From positions 2,720,001-2,784,000 of the forward strand of contig CAXXWQ010000004.1 of NCBI GenBank assembly GCA_963674945.2: a stretch of 64,000 nt of DNA, given 5' to 3'. Source of the DNA: an uncultured Desulfosarcina sp. (GTDB taxonomy: Bacteria; Desulfobacterota; Desulfobacteria; Desulfobacterales; Desulfosarcinaceae). The notes below the pieces were generated by a model. It ran no database searches. It was not told where the DNA came from and saw nothing but the letters and a program-made list of their open reading frames with translations. Shown here piece by piece: positions 52,391-62,418 of the stretch (its first letter is position 1; the number at the start of each line of letters is the position of its first letter). Position numbers and translations under genes: made by a program.

Positions 52391-52940
52391 TCCCGAACAC
52401 TCCAAAGATGCAAATGAAGCAAACCAAGGCATTGGTACCATGTTGGGCTACCAAGTCAACCGAAATTCCACTGCACGATCGCAGTTTTAAGCATATGAAT
52501 GTTTACTCCGGCGCGATCTTTTTGCATTCGGATCCCCCACCACATCTTGTACCATCCAAAGAGGATTCAACGATATATGGGCAATTGCCGGTGTGATTGT
52601 AAGGTACTGCATATTTTGGGGTTTTATGTCGCCGAAAATTCTTGACAATGCCTATGCTGGATGGTATTGATCTTACCTTGCATTGTAAAGTGACTATCTT
52701 ACCGAATTTATACGATAAAATTAAACAAACAATGCCGACGCCGATTGAATGCAAATCCATTTACGGTATTCGTTACACAAGGCAAAAAGGCATTTTTCAG
52801 ATTCATCGGTGCAATAGTCCGGGTCGAAACCATTCGGACGCCTAATTAATGGAAGGGAGGTGCAAGTAACAGGAGGTTGACCTTAGTTTTGGAAGTAGGT
52901 TCAGTAAACTCTTTTCAACTAACCTTAGGAGGTATAGTAA

Positions 52941-53372
52941 ATGCCAAGTTTTGTAATTCAGGAAAAATGTGACGGCTGCAAGGGTGGCGACAAAACCGCT
53001 TGCATGTACATTTGTCCCAATGACCTGATGGTGCTGGATCCCAACGCCATGAAAGCGTACAACCAGGAACCGGATCAGTGCTGGGAATGCTTTTCCTGCG
53101 TAAAGATCTGCCCCACCCAGGCCATCGAAGTGCGCGGCTACGCCGACTTCGTGCCGCTGGGGAGCTCCATCATGCCCATGATGGGTACCGAAGACGTCAT
53201 GTGGACCTGTAAGTTCAGAAATGGCCTCATCAAACGCTTCAAGTTCCCCATCCGGACCACCCCCGAAGGCCAGGCCAACGCCTACGCCGACCTCAAGGGC
53301 AAGGATCTCGAAAGCGGTCTGCTCTCAACGGAAGAAGCCGACGGCTACACCATCCCGACCCCCAAGGTCTAA
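52941..53372 (+). CDS. aprB: Adenylylsulfate reductase beta subunit
   Basis: MPSFV..KCDGCKGGDKTACMYICP, CWECFSCVKICP. Confidence 0.98.
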   Translation: MPSFVIQEKCDGCKGGDKTACMYICPNDLMVLDPNAMKAYNQEPDQCWECFSCVKICPTQAIEVRGYADFVPLGSSIMPMMGTEDVMWTCKFRNGLIKRFKFPIRTTPEGQANAYADLKGKDLESGLLSTEEADGYTIPTPKV

Positions 53373-53436
53373 TCCGGTCCATCGTTTGTTCGTAAAAAAA
53401 ATAAAAGAATTTCGATATTCTACAGGAGGATAAAAT

Positions 53437-55416
53437 ATGGCAATACCGAATAAACCTGTGGGTGAACTTAAGGCCGTACGGGATCCCGAAGTCGTCGAGA
53501 AAGAAGTTGACATTCTCATCGTTGGCGGTGGCATGGCAGCATGCGGAACCGCTTTCGAAGTGAAAAAATGGATGAAAGACGGACAGAGTGTTCTTCTGTG
53601 CGACAAGGCCGCCATGGAGCGTTCCGGTGCCGTTGCCCAGGGCCTTTCCGCCATCAACACCTACATCGGCGAAAATGCTCCCGAAGACTACGTCCGCATG
53701 GTCAGAAACGACCTGATGGGTCTGGTTCGCGAAGACCTGATCTTCGATCTGGGCTGCCACGTGGATGACTCCGTAAACCTGTTCGAAGAGTGGGGACTGC
53801 CAATCTGGAAGAAGACCGAAGACGGAAAGAACCTGGACGGCAAGAAGGGTCAGAAGATGGGGACCCTGAAAGCCGGTGCCCAGCCGGTCCGTACCGGTAA
53901 ATGGCAGATCATGATCAACGGTGAGTCCTACAAGCGTATCGTCGCCGAAGCAGCCAAGCTGGCGCTGGGCGAAGACAACATCATCGAGCGCTGCTTCATC
54001 GTCGAACTGCTCCTGGACGCCAACGTCGAGAATCAGATCGCCGGCGCAGTGGGTTTCTCCGTTCGTGAAAACAAAGTCTACATCATCAAATGCAAGACCA
54101 TGATGGTTGCCTGCGGTGGCGCCGTGAACATCTATCAGCCGCGTTCGGTAGGTGAAGGTAAAGGCCGCGCCTGGTATCCAGTATGGAACGCAGGGTCCAC
54201 CTACACCATGTGTATGAAGGTCGGCGCCGAGCTTACCATGATGGAAAACCGTTTCACCCCGGCCCGTTTCAAAGACGGTTACGGCCCGGTCGGTGCCTGG
54301 TTCCTGCTGTTCAAGGCCAAAACCCTCAACGGTTTGGGCGAACCCTATGCCGGTAGTGATGCCGCCAAGGCCGAGCTGGAAAAATACGCTCCCTACGGCA
54401 CCGCCGCCATCACCCCGACCTGTCTGCGGAACCACCTGATGCTGTTCGAGATGAAAGAGGGCCGCGGCCCGATCATCATGGACACCGTCACCGCGCTGGC
54501 CGAGTTGGGCGCCACCATGGACAAGAAAGAGCTCAAACACCTCGAGTCCGAAGCGTGGGAAGACTTCCTGGATATGACCTGTGGCCAGGCCAACCTGTGG
54601 TGTGCGCAGGACTGTGAGCCGGAGAAGAAAAACTCCGAAGTCATGCCCACCGAGCCTTACCTTCTGGGTTCCCACTCCGGTTGCTGCGGTCTGTGGGCCT
54701 CCGGTCCCGATTATGACTGGGTTCCGGATGACTACAAGATCAAAGCCCGTAACGGCAAGATCTACAAACAGATGACCACCGTCGAAGGTCTGTTCACCGC
54801 CGGCGACGGCGTGGGCGGTTCCGGCCACAAGTTCTCCTCCGGATCCCATGCCGAAGGTCGTATCGCCGCCAAGCAGATGGTGCGCTATGCTTCTGATTTC
54901 GCCGACTTCGCCCCGGCCCTGAAGCAGTCCAAGGAAGAGCTGGTCGACCTGGTCTACAAACCGGTCCGCACCTTCCTCGACAACTGCGAGTACACCACCG
55001 CCGTGGACATCAACCCCAACTACATCAAACCGAACGGCATGATGTACCGCCTGATGAAGGCCACTCATGAGTACGGTGCCGGTACCGCCACCTTCTACAT
55101 GACCACCAGCAAGTCTCTGGAAATCGTCATGGATCTTCTGGCCACCATGCGCGAAGACTGCGAGAAGCTGGCTGCCGGTGACCTGCACGAGCTGATGAGA
55201 TGCTGGGAAATCGAGCACCGCATCTGGACCGTCGAGGCTCACCTGCGTCACATCCAGTTCCGTAAAGAGACCCGCTATCCGGGCTTCTACTATCAGGCAG
55301 ACTATCCGGGACAGGATGACGAGAACTGGTTCTGCTTCGTCAACTCCAAGTTCAATCCGGAAAAGAAAGAATGGGATGTCAAGAAAGTTCCTTACATCAA
55401 GATTATCCCGGACTAA
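53437..55416 (+). CDS. aprA: Adenylylsulfate reductase alpha subunit
   Basis: GGGMAACG, SGAVAQGLSAINTY, WQIMINGESYK, GHKFSSGS. Confidence 0.98.
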   Translation: MAIPNKPVGELKAVRDPEVVEKEVDILIVGGGMAACGTAFEVKKWMKDGQSVLLCDKAAMERSGAVAQGLSAINTYIGENAPEDYVRMVRNDLMGLVREDLIFDLGCHVDDSVNLFEEWGLPIWKKTEDGKNLDGKKGQKMGTLKAGAQPVRTGKWQIMINGESYKRIVAEAAKLALGEDNIIERCFIVELLLDANVENQIAGAVGFSVRENKVYIIKCKTMMVACGGAVNIYQPRSVGEGKGRAWYPVWNAGSTYTMCMKVGAELTMMENRFTPARFKDGYGPVGAWFLLFKAKTLNGLGEPYAGSDAAKAELEKYAPYGTAAITPTCLRNHLMLFEMKEGRGPIIMDTVTALAELGATMDKKELKHLESEAWEDFLDMTCGQANLWCAQDCEPEKKNSEVMPTEPYLLGSHSGCCGLWASGPDYDWVPDDYKIKARNGKIYKQMTTVEGLFTAGDGVGGSGHKFSSGSHAEGRIAAKQMVRYASDFADFAPALKQSKEELVDLVYKPVRTFLDNCEYTTAVDINPNYIKPNGMMYRLMKATHEYGAGTATFYMTTSKSLEIVMDLLATMREDCEKLAAGDLHELMRCWEIEHRIWTVEAHLRHIQFRKETRYPGFYYQADYPGQDDENWFCFVNSKFNPEKKEWDVKKVPYIKIIPD

Positions 55417-55454
55417 TGAAATGTCGACGGTAGTTTTTGTCGAATAGCAACACG

Positions 55455-55490
55455 CCTCCAGGTGCCTTGCGGGCACCTGGAGGTTTTTAT
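55455..55490 (+). terminator. Intrinsic terminator after aprA
   Basis: CCTCCAGGTGCC-TTGCG-GGCACCTGGAGG-TTTTT. Confidence 0.85.
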
Positions 55491-55768
55491 TACCGAACCG
55501 AGTGTCGTTGATTTTTGTTTTCGGGTAGTACCCATCTGGGACCGTGCCGTTTCGCAGTGATTGCGCTTTCGACATTGCCCCATTGCCGTCATTGGTCCAT
55601 TGGAGCGTGAAACCGGCACCTGGAGGTCCTTGGCTGTTCGATTTTTGTGGAGTTCCAGCTTCCCGTTTCCAGTTTCAATAAACGGGTATTGCCCGAAGAA
55701 ATAGACGGTATCGTAATTTTTTAAGTTTTCATGACCTAAATAGAAACGTTGATGCACGGAGGGATAGC

Positions 55769-57046
55769 ATGACAAACGACAACGCAGCCCCAACGAGTGG
55801 AAGCATTATGGTGGTTGGCGGCGGCATCGCCGGGCTCACCTCGGCAATCGAAGCCGCTGAAGTGGGGTATGAAGTGTTCTTGGTCGAAAAAAATCCTTAT
55901 CTGGGCGGAAGAGTAGCACAGCTGAAGCAATATTTTCCCAAGCTATGCCCTCCGACCTGTGGATTGGAGATCAACTTTCGCCGAATCAAGGACAATCCCA
56001 GAATCAAGGTGTTCACCCTGTCAGAAGTGGAAAAGGTGAACGGCACGCCCGGCAACTACAACGTCAGCGTGAAGATCAATCCCCGTTATGTGAACGAAAA
56101 CTGCACCTGCTGCGGGGCGTGTGCCGAGGCTTGCGAGACCGAGGTCACCGATGACTTCAACTTCGGCATGTGCCGGAAGAAGGCTGCCTACCTGCCCTTC
56201 GAGATGGCCTTTCCCGCAAAATATGTAATTTCGCCACAGATCATCGGCACCGAAGATGCCGCCAAGGTGGCAGCGGCATGTAAATATGACGCGGTGGACC
56301 TGGATATGCAGGCCAAAACCGTGGATTTGGCCGTGGGCGCCATCATCTGGGCCACCGGTTGGGAGCCCTACGATGCCCATCGCATCGACAACCTGGGCTT
56401 CGGTCAGTACGACAACATCGTCACCAACATGATGCTCGAGCGCCTTGCCTCCAAATCCGGCCCCACCGGCGGCAAGATTCTCCGCCCCTCCGACGACAAG
56501 GCGCCCGAAAGTGTCGCCTTCGTCCAATGCGCCGGTTCCCGCGACGAGAATCACCTGCCCTACTGCTCCTACATATGCTGTATGGCCTCTTTAAAGCATG
56601 CCACCTATATCCGTGAGCAATATCCGGATACCAAGGTTTACATCTTCTACATCGACATCCGTTCGCCCGGTGATCGTTACGAAAAATTCTTCAATAAGAT
56701 CAAGGAAGACGAAAATGTCATACTGATCAAAGGCAAAGTCGCCGAGGTCAGTGAAGACCCGGCAACAAAAAGCATCACCGTGGTTGCTGAAAATGCGGTC
56801 ACCGGGGAGAAAATCCATCAAACGGTGGATATGGCGGTTCTGGCCACGGGTATGCAGCCCACGGCTGCCAATACCAAACTGCCCGCCGACCTTACGGTCA
56901 ACGATGACGGTTTCATCATCAATGACTATGCAAAAGGCGGCATGTTTGCCGCCGGCTGCGCCAACAAACCGGCCGACGTGATTTCGTCCAATCAGAATGC
57001 GACCGGCATGGCCCTGAAAGCCATTCAAACCCTGGTGAAAAGGTAG
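55769..57046 (+). CDS. qmoA: QmoA (HdrA-like flavoprotein)
   Basis: VVGGGIAG, YFPKLCPPTCG, QCAGSRD..CSYICC; follows aprBA. Confidence 0.95.
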   Translation: MTNDNAAPTSGSIMVVGGGIAGLTSAIEAAEVGYEVFLVEKNPYLGGRVAQLKQYFPKLCPPTCGLEINFRRIKDNPRIKVFTLSEVEKVNGTPGNYNVSVKINPRYVNENCTCCGACAEACETEVTDDFNFGMCRKKAAYLPFEMAFPAKYVISPQIIGTEDAAKVAAACKYDAVDLDMQAKTVDLAVGAIIWATGWEPYDAHRIDNLGFGQYDNIVTNMMLERLASKSGPTGGKILRPSDDKAPESVAFVQCAGSRDENHLPYCSYICCMASLKHATYIREQYPDTKVYIFYIDIRSPGDRYEKFFNKIKEDENVILIKGKVAEVSEDPATKSITVVAENAVTGEKIHQTVDMAVLATGMQPTAANTKLPADLTVNDDGFIINDYAKGGMFAAGCANKPADVISSNQNATGMALKAIQTLVKR

Positions 57047-57056
57047 GAGGTAACCC

Positions 57057-59396
57057 ATGGATAAGAAGTATGGTGTGTATATATGCGAAGGTTGTGGCAT
57101 CGGGGAGTCCCTCGATGTGAAAGCCCTGTGCGGGATTCCCGAAGAGGAGGGCGTGCCCGTCAAGACCCATCCTTTCCTGTGCGGCAAGGAAGGCGTCGAA
57201 CTGCTCAAAAAGGACATCGCCGACGGCACCAACTCCCTGGTCATCGCCGCCTGTTCCCGACGCGTCAATTTCGACATCTTTCGGTTCGACGGCTGTATCG
57301 TTGATCGTGTGAACCTGCGAGAGGGTGTGGTCTGGTCCCATCCCCGCAGCGAGTTTCCCGCGCTGACCGAAGAGGAGAAAGAGGACGAGGACAACTTCGA
57401 TCGCGTCCAGATGATGGCCGAAGATTATATCCGCATGGGCATGATCCGTGTGGAAAAAATCAAACTGCCCGAACCGTATCTTTTGGAAAATGTCTCCAAG
57501 AAAATTCTCGTCCTCGGCGGCGGTATCACCGGTATGAGCGCGGCCATCGACGCGGCCAAAGCCGGTTTCGACGTGACCATCGTCGAAAAGACCGAAAGCC
57601 TTGGTGGTTATGCGGCGAAGGTGAGAAAACAGATCCCCGTTTCGGCACCCTATGACAGCCTCATTTCTCCTGTTGTTGCTGCCAAGATCGCCGAGGTCGA
57701 AGCCATGCCCAACATCACCGTGAAGACAGGAACCGCCGTGGCCCGGATCGCCGGCCAGCCTGGTGAATTCACGGTTACCATGAAAAAACCGGGAGAGAAG
57801 ATCCCCTTCGACGTTCCCTACCCGCTGCCCGATGAGATGAAGTTGGACGAAAAGGGCAATGAGCTGGATGCCACATCACAGCATGAAGCCTTTTTGAAAT
57901 ACAACGAAGGCAAAAATGACATCCTCAAGCTCGACCCGGACGGCGAACTGTTCGGCGCCGTCATCCTGGCCGCCGGCTGGCGCCCGGATGATCTTTCCGA
58001 TGGCGATTTCAGCCACCTGGGATACGGTGAGATTCCCGACGTGATCACCAACCATCAGTTCGAAGAGATCGCCAAGAGAGGAAAAATTGTCCGCCCCTCT
58101 GACGGAAAACCGGCCAAATCCGTGGTTTTCGTCCAGAGCCCGGGAAAGGATGGATCGGATAGCGACTTCGCCTACGCCGGAGCGGTCACCAGCATGGTCG
58201 CCCTGAAACAGGCCAAGTACGTGAGAGAAGATTACAGTACCGACGGCAAGGCCTTCATCTTTTACCAACACATGCGCACCCCCGGTTTTTCCGAGCTTTT
58301 CTATAAGGGGCTGCAGCAGGACCCGGGAATCTTCATGACCAAGGGTTCCGTGATGAGCGTAAAGAAAAACGGTGACGGCATGATCGTGGACGCCGATAAT
58401 ACCCTGCTGGGTGAAAAGCTTCAGGTCAAGGCGGACCTGGTGGTTCTGGGTGCCGGAATGGTTCCGGTGACCAAGGATGACCCGGTTGTCAATCTGGCCT
58501 ATCGCCAGGGACCGGGCTTTCGGGACATCGGATTGTTCAATGGCTATGTCGACTCCAACTTCATCTGCTTTCCCTACGAAACCCAACGGACCGGCATCTA
58601 TGCCGCCGGCGCCATCCGTCGCTCCATGACCATGGAAGAGGCCATCGAAGACGCCTCCGGCGCCGCCCTCAAGGCCATCCAGTGCCTCGAATCCGTGAAT
58701 CGCGGCGTATCCGTGCATCCGAGAAGCGGCGACATGACCTTCCCGGACTTCTTTTTCCAGCGCTGCACCCAGTGCAAGCGTTGTACGGAAGAGTGCCCCT
58801 TCGGCGCCCTGGACGACGATGAAAAGGGTACTCCCAAACCAAACCCCACGCGCTGCCGCCGCTGCGGAACCTGCATGGGTGCGTGCCCCGAGCGAATCAT
58901 CGGTTTTGCCGATTACAACATCGACAGCATCGGTTCCATGGTCAAGTCCATCAGCGTGCCGTCGGAGGACGACTACACCGAACCACCGTTTCGCATCCTC
59001 GGCCTGGTATGTGAGAACGATGCATATCCGGCGCTGGACATGGCCGGTCTCAACAAACTGGGCTATTCGGCGGATGTCCGCATCATTCCCATCCGCTGCC
59101 TTGGTTCCATGAACGTAATCTGGATCAAAGACGCCCTCTCCCAGGGCATGGACGGTGTCTTCCTTCTTGGATGCAAGCACGGTGACGACTATCAGTGTCA
59201 CTTTGTCAAGGGCTCCGAGCTGGCCGATATCCGCATGAAGAAGATCGGTGACGCCCTTGCCAGCCTGGCATTGGAAACCGAGCGCGTGGCTCAGTTCGAA
59301 GTTGCCATCGACGACTACGACAAGGTTCCCCAGATGATCAACGATTTCGTTGAATCCATCGAGGCATTAGGACCCAACCCGTTCAAGGGTTTTTAA
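57057..59396 (+). CDS. qmoB: QmoB (HdrA-like + ferredoxin + MvhD domain)
   Basis: CTQCKRCTEECP, CRRCGTCMGACP, CENDAYPALD, GPNPFKGF. Confidence 0.96.
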   Translation: MDKKYGVYICEGCGIGESLDVKALCGIPEEEGVPVKTHPFLCGKEGVELLKKDIADGTNSLVIAACSRRVNFDIFRFDGCIVDRVNLREGVVWSHPRSEFPALTEEEKEDEDNFDRVQMMAEDYIRMGMIRVEKIKLPEPYLLENVSKKILVLGGGITGMSAAIDAAKAGFDVTIVEKTESLGGYAAKVRKQIPVSAPYDSLISPVVAAKIAEVEAMPNITVKTGTAVARIAGQPGEFTVTMKKPGEKIPFDVPYPLPDEMKLDEKGNELDATSQHEAFLKYNEGKNDILKLDPDGELFGAVILAAGWRPDDLSDGDFSHLGYGEIPDVITNHQFEEIAKRGKIVRPSDGKPAKSVVFVQSPGKDGSDSDFAYAGAVTSMVALKQAKYVREDYSTDGKAFIFYQHMRTPGFSELFYKGLQQDPGIFMTKGSVMSVKKNGDGMIVDADNTLLGEKLQVKADLVVLGAGMVPVTKDDPVVNLAYRQGPGFRDIGLFNGYVDSNFICFPYETQRTGIYAAGAIRRSMTMEEAIEDASGAALKAIQCLESVNRGVSVHPRSGDMTFPDFFFQRCTQCKRCTEECPFGALDDDEKGTPKPNPTRCRRCGTCMGACPERIIGFADYNIDSIGSMVKSISVPSEDDYTEPPFRILGLVCENDAYPALDMAGLNKLGYSADVRIIPIRCLGSMNVIWIKDALSQGMDGVFLLGCKHGDDYQCHFVKGSELADIRMKKIGDALASLALETERVAQFEVAIDDYDKVPQMINDFVESIEALGPNPFKGF

Positions 59397-59471
59397 TCTA
59401 ACCGAACCCATGGAGAGGCGGAATACGAAGACGCCTCTCATAGCCATTTTTGCCAAGTGAGGAGGTTTCCA

Positions 59472-60620
59472 ATGGCAGATTCATATTTGGTTGATCCCGA
59501 TGTGGGGTTTATCGAAGAAATAAGCAGACTCGGGGGTGCCGACGTAAAAAAGTGTTTTCAATGCGCGACATGTGCCGTAGCATGCCCCATCTCCCCGGAC
59601 ACCAAGCCCTTTCCCCGAAAAGAGATGATTGCCGCATCATGGGGATTGAAGGATCGTTTGATCGGCAACGGTGATGTCTGGTTGTGTCACAACTGCGGCG
59701 ATTGTTCCACCCTGTGTCCGAGGGGCGCCCAGCCTGGCGACGTGCTGGCGGCGGTTCGCGCGGCCACCGTCATTGAGTACGCCACACCCAAAGCCATCGC
59801 AAAGATGGTCAGCGATCCCACAAAGCTGCCGATTCTTTTGGCCATTCCGGCGGTCATTTTTCTGGTCGTGGGCCTTTTGCTCAAAATGGTGGGCATCGAC
59901 TGGCTCAATTTTGCCCCCACCGGTGACCACTTGTGGCAGGCGGATTATATCGGCAACTATCTGGTGGACATCATCATGGTACCCACCTTTACGGCGGCCA
60001 TCGTGGTATTTGCGTTGGGTCTGAAACGCTTTTTGTCGGATATGCACCAAAATGCCCTCGCCGAAGGAAAGACAACGAAGGAGGAGATCGATCCCCTGGG
60101 TTTTGTCCAGGCTCTGATCCGGACGATTCCGACCATCATGAAGCACCAGAAATTCAACGAGTGCGGTGAAAACAATGATCGATCCACGGCCCACATGATG
60201 GTCCTGTACGGTTTCATCGGCCTGTTCATCGTGACCGGCTGCTTCTTTATCGCAGAGTGGGTTTTTCATATCGAGGGTCCCTATCGACAGATCAACCCGG
60301 TGAAATGGCTGGGCAACATCGCCGGCGTCTCCCTGGTCATCGGGAGTATCCTTCTCTTTAAAAACCGGTTGGCCAAGAAGGACCAGATATCCAGCTATTG
60401 GGATTGGCAACTCGTTGGCCTTGTCGTGCTGCTGGGCGTCACGGGAATGCTGACCGAGATGCTTCGCCTGAGCGGAGCATACAGCCTCATGGCCATCATT
60501 TATTTTATCCACCTGATTCTCGTCTGGAGTCTGTTCGCCTATACGCCGTTTTCCAAACTGGCCCATCTGATCTATCGGACCGTTGCAATGACGTATAATG
60601 AGTATAGCGGACGAAAATAA
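59472..60620 (+). CDS. qmoC: QmoC (HdrC-like Fe-S + membrane heme b domain)
   Basis: KCFQCATCAVACP, WLCHNCGDCSTLCP, TM helices, SKLAH. Confidence 0.96.
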   Translation: MADSYLVDPDVGFIEEISRLGGADVKKCFQCATCAVACPISPDTKPFPRKEMIAASWGLKDRLIGNGDVWLCHNCGDCSTLCPRGAQPGDVLAAVRAATVIEYATPKAIAKMVSDPTKLPILLAIPAVIFLVVGLLLKMVGIDWLNFAPTGDHLWQADYIGNYLVDIIMVPTFTAAIVVFALGLKRFLSDMHQNALAEGKTTKEEIDPLGFVQALIRTIPTIMKHQKFNECGENNDRSTAHMMVLYGFIGLFIVTGCFFIAEWVFHIEGPYRQINPVKWLGNIAGVSLVIGSILLFKNRLAKKDQISSYWDWQLVGLVVLLGVTGMLTEMLRLSGAYSLMAIIYFIHLILVWSLFAYTPFSKLAHLIYRTVAMTYNEYSGRK

Positions 60621-60630
60621 CGCATCATTA

Positions 60631-60676
60631 TAAAAACAAAAAAAGGGGAGCCTTCGCTCCCCTTTTTTTGTTTTTA
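60631..60676. terminator. Bidirectional terminator after qmoC
   Basis: TAAAAACAAAAAAAGGGGAG-CCTTCG-CTCCCCTTTTTTTGTTTTTA perfect 20-bp stem. Confidence 0.9.
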
Positions 60677-62239
60677 TTCCGAGGATAAAATTTTTCGCGC
60701 AACGCCGATATCGGCCCAAGCCGCAATTGATTTGTCATTTCTGGATAGGCACTTTACATTGGTGCGCCATTGATACAAGGCAATTGCCGTGGCAACGGCG
60801 GCGTTGAGGGACTCCACCGCCGGATTCATGGGAATCGATACGGCCTGGGCCTCCCAGTGTTGCGGCAGTCCCGGGCCTTCCAAACCGGCAAGCAGGCAAA
60901 AGGATTGGGGAAACCGGATGTGGGACAATGGCCTTCCCTTGGTGGCGAGGGCGATGACTTTCAGATCCCTTGGAATTTCGGCCAGGCCGGGTCCCTGAAA
61001 CAGTCGGGCGGAAAACACCGCTGCCGCCGAGGCGCGTACCGCCTTGGGATGAAAGGGATTGGCACTTTCAGCCAACAGGACGATGCGATCCACCTGGAAC
61101 GCTTCTGCCGATCGGATCACGGCTCCCACGTTTTCCGGGTCCTGGAAGGGAACCAGAAGGGTACATCCGGGTAACGGATCGTCCGTCGGATGCCAGGGAA
61201 CGGGCTTGGGGGCTTTGGCGAGGAGTATGGGTGATTTGGTTCCGAAGACGTCCAGGCGAGCAAACAGATCGGGCGTCAGTTGAATCCATTCCATGGATTC
61301 CGGCGCACCATCAGGTGGTGGATGACCATCGCCTTTGGTTACCCAGGCCAGACACACCTGCGGATGTTTTCCCACCATTTCCGCCACCAGCCGGCTGCCG
61401 CACACCAATGCTTTTTCCTGTTTCTTCACACCCTTGCCGCCCAGCAATTTCCTCAGATCCTTGAACAGGGGGTTACCCTCACTTTCAATGGTGCGGATCC
61501 GGTATGGCGTAACGGAATCCATGTCACCGGTTTCCAGCATCGGCGAATTGTTTCGTCGAAAGATCACGAGGCGGCGACGGTGGGGCGTGCCGGGAATCTG
61601 GTAGGGAATGTCTTCGGCCAGCGAATGTGTCGTTGTACACCGTCGGACGGCCTCCTCCAACTCTTTATCGCAACCGGGTCCTTTCATGAAGATGGCCAAT
61701 CCGCCCGGTGAGAGACAGCCTGCAACCCTCTCCAGCGTATCGGCCATGGGCTCCACGGCCCGGGTGATGACGCCTTGCACCTTGCGGTCGAAGTCCGGTG
61801 CGATGCCGCGATCAAGGACTTCAAGTCCGTCAATCCCCAGCTCATCGACGACCATTTTCAGAAAATCGCACCGGTTCTGCCGGCTTTCGGCAAGAATGAT
61901 GTGAAGGTCCGGGCGAAAAATCTTTAAGGGGACGCCCGGCATACCCGGCCCTGTTCCCAAATCCAGAAGCGGCGATGGCAGGGTCGTTTGCATGGCCGGC
62001 AAGATGGAATCGGCGTAGAGCTTGAGTACCATGTTGTCAAAATTGCGGATTCGGGTCAGGTTGAGCCGATCATCGTGGTGGCGAAGCAGTTGGTGGTAGC
62101 GCCACAATTGGTTGCGCTGTTCGTCCGTGAGATGAATGCCGCATCGCCGGAGAAGCCGGTCCATGGAATCGGGGGAAGGGGAAGCTGCCTTCTTTCCCAT
62201 GGGCGGCTTTTTGGGATGTCGAGTTCCGCGATCGGTCAC
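60674..62239 (-). CDS. rsmG: RsmG (GidB)::TrmH/SpoU RNA methyltransferase fusion
   Basis: N: LNLTRI, LDLGTGPGMPG, ITRAV, MKG; C: QDPENVGAVIRSA, GLEGPGL, SIPM..VESLNAAVA; GTG start with AAGGAG. Confidence 0.88.
   Translation of the reverse strand: MTDRGTRHPKKPPMGKKAASPSPDSMDRLLRRCGIHLTDEQRNQLWRYHQLLRHHDDRLNLTRIRNFDNMVLKLYADSILPAMQTTLPSPLLDLGTGPGMPGVPLKIFRPDLHIILAESRQNRCDFLKMVVDELGIDGLEVLDRGIAPDFDRKVQGVITRAVEPMADTLERVAGCLSPGGLAIFMKGPGCDKELEEAVRRCTTTHSLAEDIPYQIPGTPHRRRLVIFRRNNSPMLETGDMDSVTPYRIRTIESEGNPLFKDLRKLLGGKGVKKQEKALVCGSRLVAEMVGKHPQVCLAWVTKGDGHPPPDGAPESMEWIQLTPDLFARLDVFGTKSPILLAKAPKPVPWHPTDDPLPGCTLLVPFQDPENVGAVIRSAEAFQVDRIVLLAESANPFHPKAVRASAAAVFSARLFQGPGLAEIPRDLKVIALATKGRPLSHIRFPQSFCLLAGLEGPGLPQHWEAQAVSIPMNPAVESLNAAVATAIALYQWRTNVKCLSRNDKSIAAWADIGVARKILSSE
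60676..60753. repeat. MITE-like repeat family B, partial copy
   Basis: TTTTTCGCGCAACGCCGATATCGGCCCAAG...AATTGATTTGTCATTTCTGGAT..CACT shared with 63326-63403. Confidence 0.85.
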
Positions 62240-62418
62240 GAACGGCTCCTTTAGGGATAAGTATTGACTTGAGATTAATAAACCATCGGGTATGTTGATG
62301 CAAGATACGAAAATCCATGATGGACCGTTATTTTTTGTAATTAAGGGAAAAGACGGATTGGAATTATCCAAAACAACGAGCAATCAAAACGGGCACGAAA
62401 ATTTCGCAGGAGAGCGGT

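Noticed and set aside
53293..55575. 760-aa minus-strand ORF
   Set aside because: Antisense shadow of the strongly codon-biased aprA
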